Below, piece by piece: positions 32,921-42,799 of a stretch of 64,000 nt of DNA. Origin of the DNA: a phage; the sequence record PQ536907.1; one strand, 5' to 3'. Within the stretch, counting starts at the first letter, position 1, and each line of letters begins with the position of its first letter. The notes below the pieces were generated by a model. The model saw only the letters and a program-made list of their open reading frames with translations. It was not told where the DNA came from and made no database searches. A program made the position numbers and the translations under genes.

Positions 32921-35900
32921 ATGGCTACTTTAAAACAAATACAATTTAAAAGAAGCAAAACCGCAGGTGCACGTCCTGCTGCTTCAGTATTAGCCGAAGG
33001 TGAATTGGCTATAAACTTAAAAGATAGAACACTTTTTACTAAAGATGATACAGGAAATATCATTGATTTAAGTATTTCCGCTGGCGGTAATATCAGTGGA
33101 AATATCACTCAAACTGGTGATTATTTACAAAATGGAACATATAATCTTAATGGAAACCAGTTTGTTTATGCTGGTAAATATATTGAATTCCTGCCTAAAA
33201 CCGCGGGTAATGGTGCTTGGGCAAACCAACATAAAAATAAAGCTCCTATCTTTACCGATTTGAGTTCAACTACTTCTACTTCAGAATACCATCCGCTAAT
33301 TAAACAACGCTATAAAGATGGAACTTTTTCTGTTGGTACGTTAGTAAATGAAGGAAGTTTTAAAATTCAATATATCAATGAATCTGGTGATTCAAAATAT
33401 TGGACTTTTAATCGAAACGGTAGTTTTATTGTAGATAATGGCAATATTAAAGTTCGTGCTGGTAATATTTCCGCTTCAGGCAATATTAATTCAGCTACTG
33501 GGATGGTTTCTGCTCCACAGATTAATACAAAAACCATAGTTTTTAATACAAAAGCATTCGGACAATATGATTCGCAGTCATTAGTTCAATATGTTTATCC
33601 TGGAACAGGTGAAACAAACGGAATCAATTACCTTCGCAAATTCCGTGCTAAATCTGGTGGTACAATTTATCATGAATTAGCTTCTGCGCAAACCGGAAAA
33701 AGTGATGAACTTTCTTGGTGGACTGGTAATACAGCGGTTAATAAACAAATGGGCCTTCGCAATGATGGGTCTTTAGTACTACGACGTTCACTTGCAATTG
33801 GTACAATTACAACAGATGAAAACATCAATAACTACGGTTCCACTGGAGCAATGGGCAAATGTTATATAGTTATCGGTGATGCATCAACGGGTTTATCATA
33901 CAAAAAAACTGGGGTATATGACTTAGTTGCTAGTGGTCTTTCTGTAGCATCTATTACTCCTGATAGTTTCCGTAGTACGCGCAAAGCGATTTTTGGACGC
34001 TCGGAAGACCAAGGTGGTACGTGGATTCTTCCTGGTCAAAACGCAGCTCTTCTTTCAGTTCATACTGAAGTTGACCAAAACAATAATGGAGATGGTCAGA
34101 CACATATTGGCTATAATAGTAATGGTAAATTTTATCATTATTTTAGAGGCAGAGGAAGAATGGCCATTGGAATGGCCGAAGGACTTATTGTTGAACCAGG
34201 AATTTTAGATATTAAAACTGGTTCAAATACATTAAGTTTGCGTGCTGATGGTACCGTCGCTTCTGTTCAAACATTAAAGCTTAATAATGGATTATATTTT
34301 AATAGTGATGGAACTAACGCTTCTCTAATTTTTAAAGCAGCTTCAGGTATTGATGGTACTAAACAAATACTTTGGGAAGGTGGTACTCGTGCTGGGCAGA
34401 ATAAGAGCTATGTAACTGCTAAAGCTTGGGGAAATTCATTTAATTCATCTGGCGATCGTAATCGTGAAACGGTTTTTGAAGTATCAGATGGACAAGGATA
34501 TTATTTTTATGCTCAACGTGTAGCTCCTGCACCAGGTTCAACAACTGGAGTAGTTCAATTTAGAGTTGCTGGAGCATTATTAACTTCTGGTGGCATTACA
34601 TCATCCGGTTCTATTGTTACTGAATCTAGTTTAGTTGCTAATAATGGATTATCTGTAAATGGTCAAGCTAAATTTGGTGGAACAGCAGATGCATTAAGAA
34701 TTTGGAATGCTGAATACGGCGCAATTTTCCGTCGTTCAGAAGCATCATTACATATTATCCCGACTCCTAAAGATGCTGGTGAAAGTGGTGGAATAAGTAA
34801 TCTCCGCCCGCTAAGTATTAGTCTTAATAATGGTATGGTACAAATGCGCCATTCTGTTACGTTAGGCGATGATGGCACTGGCGGTAATATGATTACTGTG
34901 GACAACGATAACAAACGTGTTGTTGTTGCTAGTAATAGTCGTATTGCTCCTAATTTCAGAATGCAATTAGGACAATCATCTTATATTGATGTAGAATGTA
35001 CTGATGCTGCTCGCCCAGCCGGTGCAGGTTCATTTGCATCCCAGAATGACGCAAACGTAAGAGCTCCAATTTATATGAATATAGAGCGTACTGCTGCTTC
35101 TGAATATATTCCAATTGTTAAACAGCGGTATGTAAATGGTGATAGTACTTATTCTATTGGCACCTTAATTTCTCAAGGAGACTTTCGCGTTCATTATCAC
35201 CAGGGTACTAGTACTACCGGTACTGATTTAAGCTGGGAATTCCGTCGCAATGGTGATTTCCGCGCGGCAGGTAAAATTATTGCCGGTGCTGCTACTTTTG
35301 GCACTGATGGTAATATTACTGGTGGTTCAGGAAACTTTGCCAACTTAAACAGCACAATTGAATCACTTAAAACTGATATTGTTTCAAGTTATCCTATTGG
35401 GGCTCCTATTCCATGGCCAACGGATACTCCTCCTGACGGTTACGCTATTATGGAAGGCCAGACCTTTGATAAGTCTGCGTATCCAAAGCTAGCTGTTGCA
35501 TATCCTAGTGGCGTTATTCCGGATATGCGCGGGCAAACTATTAAAGGTAAACCGAGTGGTCGTAATGTATTAAGCGCGGAAGCTGATGGTATTAAGTCTC
35601 ATACCCATGGAGCATCTGCATCCAATACAGATTTAGGTACTAAAACTACATCAAGCTTTGATTATGGCACTAAGACCTCTTCAAGTTTTGACTATGGTAC
35701 TAAAACCAGTAATACCACAGGTAACCACTCTCATACTGTAAGCGGTACTACGAGTTCTGCTGGTGCACACCAACATGCGCGCTCAGGTCCTCAGTTACAA
35801 GCCGGCATACCCAATAACATATTCTATGACGGATATAATACTGTAGGTGCAAACGCCAACGCTAAAATCACCGGATCTGTGAGCGGTGCTACTGCAGGGT

Positions 35901-36145
35901 CAAATATAGCCAAAACTTCTTCAGACGGTGCTCATACTCATACTTGGTCTGGTACTACAAGCACTACAGGTAACCATGCTCACACAGTAGGTATTGGTGC
36001 TCATACCCATACTGTAGGTATCGGTGCTCATACCCACACGGTAGCAATTGGCTCGCATGGTCATACTATCACTGTAAATAGTACAGGTAATACAGAAAAC
36101 ACGGTTAAAAACATCGCTTTTAACTATATCGTTCGTTTAGCATAA
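32921..36145 (+). CDS. 37: gp37 long tail fibre distal subunit (receptor-binding tip)
   Basis: 1074 aa; C-terminus ...[11 protein letters not shown]; His-box repeats [14 protein letters not shown]; T4-type, with the chaperone gp38 downstream. Confidence 0.9.
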   Translation: MATLKQIQFKRSKTAGARPAASVLAEGELAINLKDRTLFTKDDTGNIIDLSISAGGNISGNITQTGDYLQNGTYNLNGNQFVYAGKYIEFLPKTAGNGAWANQHKNKAPIFTDLSSTTSTSEYHPLIKQRYKDGTFSVGTLVNEGSFKIQYINESGDSKYWTFNRNGSFIVDNGNIKVRAGNISASGNINSATGMVSAPQINTKTIVFNTKAFGQYDSQSLVQYVYPGTGETNGINYLRKFRAKSGGTIYHELASAQTGKSDELSWWTGNTAVNKQMGLRNDGSLVLRRSLAIGTITTDENINNYGSTGAMGKCYIVIGDASTGLSYKKTGVYDLVASGLSVASITPDSFRSTRKAIFGRSEDQGGTWILPGQNAALLSVHTEVDQNNNGDGQTHIGYNSNGKFYHYFRGRGRMAIGMAEGLIVEPGILDIKTGSNTLSLRADGTVASVQTLKLNNGLYFNSDGTNASLIFKAASGIDGTKQILWEGGTRAGQNKSYVTAKAWGNSFNSSGDRNRETVFEVSDGQGYYFYAQRVAPAPGSTTGVVQFRVAGALLTSGGITSSGSIVTESSLVANNGLSVNGQAKFGGTADALRIWNAEYGAIFRRSEASLHIIPTPKDAGESGGISNLRPLSISLNNGMVQMRHSVTLGDDGTGGNMITVDNDNKRVVVASNSRIAPNFRMQLGQSSYIDVECTDAARPAGAGSFASQNDANVRAPIYMNIERTAASEYIPIVKQRYVNGDSTYSIGTLISQGDFRVHYHQGTSTTGTDLSWEFRRNGDFRAAGKIIAGAATFGTDGNITGGSGNFANLNSTIESLKTDIVSSYPIGAPIPWPTDTPPDGYAIMEGQTFDKSAYPKLAVAYPSGVIPDMRGQTIKGKPSGRNVLSAEADGIKSHTHGASASNTDLGTKTTSSFDYGTKTSSSFDYGTKTSNTTGNHSHTVSGTTSSAGAHQHARSGPQLQAGIPNNIFYDGYNTVGANANAKITGSVSGATAGSNIAKTSSDGAHTHTWSGTTSTTGNHAHTVGIGAHTHTVGIGAHTHTVAIGSHGHTITVNSTGNTENTVKNIAFNYIVRLA
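35597..36075 (+). repeat. His-rich repeat region of gp37 tip (HxH boxes; GTKT.SSFDY and GAHTHTVGI tandem repeats)
   Basis: Direct nucleotide and amino-acid tandem repeats in the C-terminal domain. Confidence 0.6.
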
Positions 36146-36172
36146 GGAGAGGGGCTTCGGCCCCTTCTGAAC
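36145..36172 (+). promoter_or_regulatory. Gene 38 translation-initiation region: SD AGGAGA separated from ATG by a GC hairpin (split ribosome-binding site)
   Basis: aggaga-ggggcttcggcccc-ttctgaacATG; the hairpin would bring SD and ATG to normal effective spacing. Confidence 0.5.
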
Positions 36173-36724
36173 ATGAAAATTTATCATTATTATTTTGACA
36201 CTAAAGAATTTTATAAAGAAGAAAATTATAAACCAATTAAAGGATTAGGTCTTCCTGCACATTCAACAACTAAAAAACCTTTAGAACCTAAAGAAGGATA
36301 TGCGGTTGTATTTGATGAAAGAATTCAAGATTGGATTTATGAAGAAGACCATCGCGGCAAACGAGCATGGACTTTTAATAAAGAAGAAATTTTTATAAGT
36401 GACATTGGAAGCCCGGTTGGTATAACCTTTGATGAGCCCGGCGAATTTGATATATGGACTGATGACGGTTGGAAAGAAGACGAAACATATAAACGCGTTT
36501 TAATTCGCAATAGAAAAATTGAAGAATTATACAAAGAATTCCAAGTTTTAAATAATATGATTGAAGCTTCTGTCGCGAATAAAAAGGAAAAATTCTATTA
36601 TAAAAACCTTAAGCGGTTCTTTGCTCTTTTAGAAAAGCATGAGCATTTAGGTGGTGAATTCCCTTCATGGCCTGAAAAAGAACGGAAACCTTGGTATAAG
36701 CGTTTATTCAAGCATTACGTATAA
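36173..36724 (+). CDS. 38: gp38 tail fibre assembly chaperone (T4-type)
   Basis: 183 aa, MKIYHYYFDTKEFYKEENYKPIKGLGL... matches recalled T4 gp38. Confidence 0.9.
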   Translation: MKIYHYYFDTKEFYKEENYKPIKGLGLPAHSTTKKPLEPKEGYAVVFDERIQDWIYEEDHRGKRAWTFNKEEIFISDIGSPVGITFDEPGEFDIWTDDGWKEDETYKRVLIRNRKIEELYKEFQVLNNMIEASVANKKEKFYYKNLKRFFALLEKHEHLGGEFPSWPEKERKPWYKRLFKHYV

Positions 36725-36727
36725 ATA
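36720..36727 (+). promoter_or_regulatory. T4 late promoter TATAAATA for holin gene t (overlaps gene 38 stop)
   Basis: TATAAATA 17 nt upstream of SD AAGGAGG and the t ATG. Confidence 0.6.
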
Positions 36728-36744
36728 TCTTAAAAGGAGGGTCT

Positions 36745-37401
36745 ATGGCAGCACCTAGAATATCATTTTCGCCCTCTGATATTCTATTTGGTGTTCTAGA
36801 TCGCTTGTTCAAAGATAACGCTACTGGGAAAGTTCTTGCTTCCCGGGTAGCTGTCGTAATTCTTTTATTTATGATGGCGATTGTTTGGTATAGGGGAGAT
36901 AGTTTCTTTGAGTACTATAAGCAATCAAAGTATGAAACATACAGTGAAATTATTGAAAAGGAAAGAAATGCACGCTTTGAATCTGTCGCCCTGGAACAAC
37001 TCCAGATAGTTCATATATCATCTGAGGCAGACTTTAGTGCGGTGTATTCTTTCCGCCCTAAAAACTTAAACTATTTTGTTGATATTATAGCATACGAAGG
37101 AAGATTACCTTCAACAATAACTGAAAAATCACTTGGAGGATATCCTGTTGATAAAACTATGGATGAATATATAGTTCATTTAAATGGACGTCATTATTAT
37201 TCTGACTCAAAATTTGCTTTTTTACCAACTAAAAAGCCTACTCCCGAAATAAACTACATGTACAGTTGTCCATATTTTAATTTGGATAATATCTATGCTG
37301 GAACGATAACCATGTACTGGTATAGAAATGATCATATAAGTAATGACCGCCTTGAATCAATATGCGCTCAGGCGGCCAGAATATTAGGAAGGGCTAAATA
37401 A
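36745..37401 (+). CDS. t: holin
   Basis: 218 aa; single N-terminal TM segment (VAVVILLFMMAIVWY) and large periplasmic domain; matches recalled T4 holin T. Confidence 0.9.
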   Translation: MAAPRISFSPSDILFGVLDRLFKDNATGKVLASRVAVVILLFMMAIVWYRGDSFFEYYKQSKYETYSEIIEKERNARFESVALEQLQIVHISSEADFSAVYSFRPKNLNYFVDIIAYEGRLPSTITEKSLGGYPVDKTMDEYIVHLNGRHYYSDSKFAFLPTKKPTPEINYMYSCPYFNLDNIYAGTITMYWYRNDHISNDRLESICAQAARILGRAK

Positions 37402-37674
37402 TTATTTGTTCGTATACATCTCTAGATATCGATATACACCCTCAAAACCCTCGTTGAATTCGTCGATGAGGGTTTTCTTATCTTCTTGAGTTAATTCAGA
37501 AACAATTTTACGGAATGAATTCTGATTTAATTTTCTACCTTCATGCGTTACTCCAATCTCATTCAGAAATGCAATAAAATTAGCACGATTCTCAACAATA
37601 TCTTCTCTGGAAAATTTAATCAAAATAGACGCAACAGTAATAATTTCACGAACTGTATCAATGTTTTTATTCAT
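37402..37674 (-). CDS. asiA: AsiA anti-sigma70 factor
   Basis: 90 aa, MNKNIDTVREIITVASILIKFSREDIVENRANFIAFLNEIGVT... Confidence 0.9.
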   Translation of the reverse strand: MNKNIDTVREIITVASILIKFSREDIVENRANFIAFLNEIGVTHEGRKLNQNSFRKIVSELTQEDKKTLIDEFNEGFEGVYRYLEMYTNK

Positions 37675-37686
37675 TAACTATACCAC

Positions 37687-37839
37687 TCAATTAGTTGACT
37701 TTGTTATAATATCATCAGACGCTTGATTTGTAAACTGGTCTGTGTTATTTTCTTCAAAAATTTTTTCTACGAATTCCTTGAACGACTTACGTTCCTGAGC
37801 TACATTATGCTCGATTACTTTTTCAAGATTATGACTCAT
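37687..37839 (-). CDS. small ORF (50 aa, MSHNLEKVIEHNVAQERKSFKEF...), below the ORF-track length cut-off
   Basis: Found by manual translation; its ATG overlaps the arn stop (ATGA). Confidence 0.35.
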   Translation of the reverse strand: MSHNLEKVIEHNVAQERKSFKEFVEKIFEENNTDQFTNQASDDIITKSTN

Positions 37840-38114
37840 TCGAAATAATCTTCAATTTCATAATCATGGACGTAAATCATTATAGTTTTTAATACATCAT
37901 CAATACTTTTTCCTGGAGCTGGAATTACGTAGAAATATCCTGCTTTTGAGAGGTCTTTATAAGTTCCAATCAAGAAATCATTATTCTCAAGATGTAGTTC
38001 TTCAACTAATTCATTAACAATTGAATGGTATAGGTTTGGTAGAAACTTATATAGCTTTTCTAGAATATCAATTTTGATTGTGTATTGAACCACGGATTGA
38101 GAATCAATAATCAT
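37836..38114 (-). CDS. arn: Arn anti-restriction (McrBC inhibitor)
   Basis: 92 aa; length and position next to asiA as in T4. Confidence 0.7.
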   Translation of the reverse strand: MIIDSQSVVQYTIKIDILEKLYKFLPNLYHSIVNELVEELHLENNDFLIGTYKDLSKAGYFYVIPAPGKSIDDVLKTIMIYVHDYEIEDYFE

Positions 38115-38197
38115 AGACCTTCCCCTTATGTTTCTGTTTGCGATTAGATTCTTTAAACGCTTTCTTCTTATCCTTATGAACAGAAGCTTTATTAAAA

Positions 38198-38416
38198 TTA
38201 TGTTTTGCGACTAAATTGTTCATAGTGCTGAATTACCTCTCTCAAACATTTGCATGTGAATGAAAACTTTTTAGCTACACCACATTCAAATATATGTTCT
38301 CTTAAATCGTGTGTATCCGTATATCCCATCTCAACAATAAAATGCCGTATTAGATTTTTATCTTTATCATTGAGAGAATTAAAATAATCAGATTTTGAAT
38401 TAATTTCCCTGGCCAA
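38198..38416 (-). CDS. hypothetical protein (72 aa), Cys-containing
   Basis: ORF in arn.x block. Confidence 0.45.
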   Translation of the reverse strand: MAREINSKSDYFNSLNDKDKNLIRHFIVEMGYTDTHDLREHIFECGVAKKFSFTCKCLREVIQHYEQFSRKT

Positions 38417-38696
38417 ATTGAATCACCTTCAGTTGACGTTTTAATTCTTTTATCATTTCTTCGTTCATCGCAATATAAAGATCGCGTAAAGCAGGTTTTA
38501 GCATGTCATTTATTATAGAACTAAATGGACATACATAATCTTTTCCTACGAGCTTTTTGGTGAATTCCATATCACAGAACTTAAATCCCGGCTCATTGGT
38601 ATAAATTCCCCAATTAGTTGACATCATTTTATTGGCATATTCTAGTGCCTGGATTTGATTCATAATTCCATCAATTTGAAACTTTTTAATATTCAT
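38400..38696 (-). CDS. hypothetical protein (98 aa)
   Basis: ORF in arn.x block. Confidence 0.5.
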   Translation of the reverse strand: MNIKKFQIDGIMNQIQALEYANKMMSTNWGIYTNEPGFKFCDMEFTKKLVGKDYVCPFSSIINDMLKPALRDLYIAMNEEMIKELKRQLKVIQFGQGN

Positions 38697-39157
38697 TAGT
38701 AAAGGTCCTCAGAGTAAAGTTCTTTTTCACTACCACCACGTTCAATACGTACTTGTCCAGCGTAAGTTGCAATAATCATTGCTTCTTCACGTGTCCAATA
38801 ATTACTATATTGGTCAATAAACCCTTGGTCATCATCACAAACTTGTTGAGTAACTAATTGGGGTTTAACTACATCTAAAACTTCTGCCATATCTTTAGAA
38901 TAATGACGAGCACCTGGAATAATAAGAGTTCGTCCATCTTTTAATTTAAACCGATTAGCAGCACATACAATTCGTCGTTGATACTTTTGGTTTTCATCCC
39001 AATATGCAGTCTGCCAACAGATTTCAGGAACTTCTTTCAGAATATCTTCTTCTGTGCATTTATAACCGTGTGCTTTAAATTTTTGAACAAGACTTTCTGG
39101 AGTCTCGCGAGATAAAGGAACATTCAGCATTTTTAAACGATTAACAAACGGGTTCAT
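38696..39157 (-). CDS. hypothetical protein (153 aa)
   Basis: ORF in arn.x block. Confidence 0.5.
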   Translation of the reverse strand: MNPFVNRLKMLNVPLSRETPESLVQKFKAHGYKCTEEDILKEVPEICWQTAYWDENQKYQRRIVCAANRFKLKDGRTLIIPGARHYSKDMAEVLDVVKPQLVTQQVCDDDQGFIDQYSNYWTREEAMIIATYAGQVRIERGGSEKELYSEDLY

Positions 39158-39483
39158 TTAAACCATCCTTTAATACGTTGCCACAAAGTTTTCTGTTGAG
39201 CTTTGTTAACACCAATTGAACGAATAACTGGTTGAGATTCCTGGAATTCTTTATAATCAGCAAGGTAAATTTCGTAAGCTGCATCCGTAAATGAACTTAT
39301 CGCTGCCATAAAATTATTACGAATACCTACTGGAGCATCTTTACTTTCACGAATAATCATGTATTTACCAGTCTTAATCTTTACGATAGTTCCAAGATAA
39401 GCTCCATGATACCAGATGTCCCAACCCTCTTGGGTAGGTTCTGCACAACGACGAAGTTCATTAACAATTTCTAACTTGTTCAT
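39154..39483 (-). CDS. hypothetical protein (109 aa)
   Basis: ORF in arn.x block. Confidence 0.5.
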   Translation of the reverse strand: MNKLEIVNELRRCAEPTQEGWDIWYHGAYLGTIVKIKTGKYMIIRESKDAPVGIRNNFMAAISSFTDAAYEIYLADYKEFQESQPVIRSIGVNKAQQKTLWQRIKGWFK

Positions 39484-39493
39484 TATTTATTCC

Positions 39494-40129
39494 TCACAGT
39501 TCAGATGCTACAGTGATTACTGCTTCAATGTTTTCTACCGAGCGTTTAATGTCAAGATACACATTACCGTTTTTAGCGATTTTACATGACATTCCGATGT
39601 CAGTAAATTTCTGAATATGATGTTCCATCATTTTGTATCCAAAAATTCGCATGTTTCCATTGTTGTTAATTTCAAAATTACGAATTCCGTGAGTGCGTTT
39701 TTCTAAAATGGCAAGATAATTACTACGATAAGTTTCAACCTTTTTAAGAACAAATCCATTTTCATCTAAAAGTTTTAACATGAGGTCTTTATCTTCTTCC
39801 ATATCGGAAGTAATCTCGCGAGCTTTACGAGTTGCTCGTTTTTTCAGTAGTTCCGGAGCATTTTCCTGTGCATATAAAGTTGCTGCATTTGAAATAATAT
39901 CCTGAGCTTCACCAGTAATGATTAATCCATCACCAGATTTCTCCACCAGGCCTTTTTTAATCAATACCCCAATATTACTATTAACTACTGCGTTACCTAA
40001 ATCTGGATGCACCTCACGAACTTCTGCAGCTGTAATGAAATCTTTCTTAGCAATAGTAATTAAAATCGCAGCAGTTTTTTCATTCAGAACATCGTTAGAA
40101 GCTTTGATGATGTAAGTTACTTTAGACAT
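39494..40129 (-). CDS. motA: MotA middle-transcription activator
   Basis: 211 aa, MSKVTYIIKASNDVLNEKTAAILITIAKKDF... Confidence 0.95.
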   Translation of the reverse strand: MSKVTYIIKASNDVLNEKTAAILITIAKKDFITAAEVREVHPDLGNAVVNSNIGVLIKKGLVEKSGDGLIITGEAQDIISNAATLYAQENAPELLKKRATRKAREITSDMEEDKDLMLKLLDENGFVLKKVETYRSNYLAILEKRTHGIRNFEINNNGNMRIFGYKMMEHHIQKFTDIGMSCKIAKNGNVYLDIKRSVENIEAVITVASEL

Positions 40130-40164
40130 TTTTTAATCTCCGTAATTCTGTATCAGTAGTTGAT

Positions 40165-40252
40165 AGTTGTATAGTACCACAGTATGCTTTGGTTGTAAAC
40201 CGTTTTATGAAAAAATTTTTGAAATAAAAAAGGGAGAGCCGAGGCTCTCCCT
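40165..40252 (-). promoter_or_regulatory. PeSL-like cassette: terminator stem-loop plus early promoter driving motA
   Basis: Hairpin gggagagcc-gag-ggctctccc (40232-40251) plus T-run; GTTTACA 40194-40200; 17-nt spacer; TACTAT 40171-40176; nearly identical to the cassette at 23810-23895. Confidence 0.6.
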
Positions 40253-40256
40253 AAAA

Positions 40257-40406
40257 TTACTGCATGACTGTGATAACTGTCATGATAACACGTTGAATGC
40301 CGAACGCAAGAAGACCTCCTGCTACGGCTGGAACAACACCTACCCCCGCTAGTAAAATGCCGCCAGATACTAATGCAGCGCTTGTAATACCAATGAATGG
40401 ACTCAT
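40257..40406 (-). CDS. small hydrophobic ORF (49 aa), below ORF-track cut-off
   Basis: Manual translation MSPFIGITSAALVSGGILLAGVGVVPAVAGG...; ATG overlaps gene 52 stop. Confidence 0.35.
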   Translation of the reverse strand: MSPFIGITSAALVSGGILLAGVGVVPAVAGGLLAFGIQRVIMTVITVMQ

Positions 40407-41731
40407 TTGATTTCCTCTAAATCTTTAGTGTATTCTGTAACTACATCAGTAGTTTTCCAATATTCGTTTTCTTCTTTTTTAGCTTTAGCTTCTTCAGCAA
40501 GTTTCTTTGCTTCATCAGAAGTCATATGAAAAATATTCATTCCAACTAGTTTATCAACATAAGAAGAATACATCTCAATTTTAGAAAGTTCTTCGGTCAG
40601 TTCTTTACGAGTTTTACCCTGTACAACAATTTCACCTGAAATTACTTTCTTAATGAAATGCGCCTTGGCAAAGGCTAAACGAAATGCTGATTCAGTTTCT
40701 TTGATTTTGTTATCAATTCGTTTTTGGACATAAGTTTTACGAACTTCAACGAAGTCTTTGATTAAATCAACTACGTTATCGTAAACTTGTAGCTTTCCTT
40801 TCTCATTAATAACCGTAATATTCTGAGAACGACGCTCAATCAACCCGAAGTCTTTCATAATTTTTGCATGGCGTTCTTCTTCATTATCGCTCAAAGAATA
40901 TTCTTTACGGAATTTAACTTTAAAGCCAAAACCATGCTCACCACAAGCATCATCCCACGTAATGAAGCCTTTATCTTCAAGTGGGTCTAAGATTTTACTC
41001 ACATAAGTTTCACGATCATACTTATACGGAATCTCAGTGATATGCATTTGAGTTCGTGAAGTAAACTTGTATGTTCCACGAATTTCATATTGCCCATCAA
41101 TCTCAACGACTTCACCACGAAATTCTGGGAATTCTACCTTCGGTTTAGTTACTTTCTTTCCTTGAAGAGCTTGCAGTACAGCTTTCTTGACAGAAGAAAC
41201 ACTATGAGGAAGAATGTAAGTTGCATAACCAGTTGCAATACCGGAAACACCATTAAGAAGAACAGTAGGAATAATAGGCAAATAGAAAGCAGGCGGAATG
41301 TGTTCTTTATCTTGATGTACTGGAGCATATTCAGTATCTTTATATACGTTATAGAAATTTTTACTTACACGAGCAAAAATATAACGACTAGCTGCTGCCT
41401 TTTGGACAGTACGAGAACCAAAGTTTCCTTGACCATCTAACAAAGGAAAGTTATTATTCCAAGTGTTAGCCATCAAAGCACCTGCGTCTTGCGCAGAGTT
41501 TTCACCATGATGATATCCAAGGTCTGCTACACCGCCTGCAATAGAAGCGAGTTTGTGAAACTTATCTTTATTTCCTCGTGCCAAATCAAGAGCTCGAGCA
41601 ATAACAAATCGTTGAACTGGCTTAAATCCATCAATCATATTTGGGATAGCACGATTTTCAACCGTGTACATAGCATAAGCCAATGCTTCATTATCAATGA
41701 TACTTTTTAAATCGCGATTATTCAGTTGCAT
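40403..41731 (-). CDS. 52: gp52 DNA topoisomerase II medium subunit (GyrA-like)
   Basis: 442 aa; topo IIA DNA-binding/cleavage-type sequence with Tyr region; matches recalled T4 gp52. Confidence 0.95.
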   Translation of the reverse strand: MQLNNRDLKSIIDNEALAYAMYTVENRAIPNMIDGFKPVQRFVIARALDLARGNKDKFHKLASIAGGVADLGYHHGENSAQDAGALMANTWNNNFPLLDGQGNFGSRTVQKAAASRYIFARVSKNFYNVYKDTEYAPVHQDKEHIPPAFYLPIIPTVLLNGVSGIATGYATYILPHSVSSVKKAVLQALQGKKVTKPKVEFPEFRGEVVEIDGQYEIRGTYKFTSRTQMHITEIPYKYDRETYVSKILDPLEDKGFITWDDACGEHGFGFKVKFRKEYSLSDNEEERHAKIMKDFGLIERRSQNITVINEKGKLQVYDNVVDLIKDFVEVRKTYVQKRIDNKIKETESAFRLAFAKAHFIKKVISGEIVVQGKTRKELTEELSKIEMYSSYVDKLVGMNIFHMTSDEAKKLAEEAKAKKEENEYWKTTDVVTEYTKDLEEIK

Positions 41732-41735
41732 AAAT

Positions 41736-41876
41736 TTACCATACTAGTGAATGTAGTGCCATAATAACATCAGAAATGAAAAGCACGACTTGAATTAATC
41801 CGAACATTACTCCATAATATAGTGCTACCAATAAAGTAGCAAGGGCTAATGAATAGCCCAAGATTTTCTTAATCAT
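41736..41876 (-). CDS. small hydrophobic ORF (46 aa), below ORF-track cut-off
   Basis: Manual translation MIKKILGYSLALATLLVALYYGVMFGLIQVV... Confidence 0.3.
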   Translation of the reverse strand: MIKKILGYSLALATLLVALYYGVMFGLIQVVLFISDVIMALHSLVW

Positions 41877-42027
41877 TAGTAGATAACAACACAAATGTTA
41901 AATATGCACACATACCCTGGGCTAAAGCTTGTGAAAACACACTGCTAGCATCGATACAGATAGTTAAAACACATGCTACTATCCAACAAATAAATGAAAT
42001 AACTCCTAATAATTTTGCGATATTCAT
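41869..42027 (-). CDS. Ac-like small membrane protein paralog (52 aa)
   Basis: MNIAKLLGVISFICWIVACVLTICIDASSVFSQALAQGMCAYL... is clearly paralogous to the downstream 51-aa ORF. Confidence 0.45.
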   Translation of the reverse strand: MNIAKLLGVISFICWIVACVLTICIDASSVFSQALAQGMCAYLTFVLLSTND

Positions 42028-42037
42028 AATATTCTCC

Positions 42038-42193
42038 TCAACTATTTTTAGAACCAATGTACGCGAATAATGATAAAATCGCTAATACGCCCTGAGCTGA
42101 TGCTTGCAAAAATACTGAAGTTTCTCCGGTTATTACTGTTCCGATGCATAAAAAGAACCAACAGAAAAAGGCTATACCGTGAACAAATTTCAT
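42038..42193 (-). CDS. ac: probable Ac (acridine sensitivity) small membrane protein, 51 aa
   Basis: Manual translation MKFVHGIAFFCWFFLCIGTVITGETSVFLQASAQGVLAILSLFAYIGSKNS; 51 aa, immediately upstream (in coordinate) of stp as in T4. Confidence 0.5.
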   Translation of the reverse strand: MKFVHGIAFFCWFFLCIGTVITGETSVFLQASAQGVLAILSLFAYIGSKNS

Positions 42194-42200
42194 ATTTTCC

Positions 42201-42281
42201 TCACTGGCGTCCGAAGACGCCTTTGGTTTTAAGATTGTTACGATAGAACTGCATCACATGTTCGTTATGGAAATTACTCAT
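42201..42281 (-). CDS. stp: Stp peptide (26 aa), activator of host PrrC anticodon nuclease
   Basis: Manual translation gives [26 protein letters not shown], matching recalled T4 Stp; not in ORF track. Confidence 0.75.
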
Positions 42282-42739
42282 TAATATGCCTGCAAAACAA
42301 ATTTAAAGTTATCAGCCAACATACGGTTCATTTCTTCAAGTGTTTGATACTCAGAATGATGATTACGAGTAAACGCTAAAGCTAACTGTCCTTTTCCAAA
42401 TCCCGTCGTCAAAGGTTTCATCTTAGAAGCAGGCAGATAAAATACTGTGTATGGAACATTGTTATTTGCAATAGTACGTGCAAGTTGAGACCGGCGTTGA
42501 CGAATATGACTTAGAACTGCACTGAATCCTTGCTTAGAACGCTGATTACCTACATAAAATCGTGCAGACACACATGGATTACTAAATGGACGACCATCTA
42601 ATTTACACACTAAAAAGTAAAATCCAGGTTTAGATAAAATATCTTTATGCGGAGTTCCCAAAAACCACTCACCACCCTTGATTGTACCAATAACAGTAGC
42701 GCCTGCATTGTTCAGATCAGTAACAGTCATGTATTTCAT
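42281..42739 (-). CDS. ndd: Ndd nucleoid-disruption protein
   Basis: About 152 aa from internal Met [18 protein letters not shown]... Confidence 0.85.
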
Positions 42740-42799
42740 AATAATTTCCTCTAAATTATTTTCTACTCCAAGGCCGCATGAATACACACGGCCATTAAA

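Noticed and set aside
35597-36075. Possible CRISPR-like array suggested by short direct repeats
   Set aside because: The repeats are in-frame coding repeats of the gp37 tip (His boxes) with no spacer/repeat periodicity and no cas genes; not a CRISPR array.
40167-40352. Plus-strand 61-aa ORF between motA and gene 52
   Set aside because: Overlaps the promoter/terminator cassette and is antisense to a better-supported small membrane ORF (40257-40406) coupled to gene 52.
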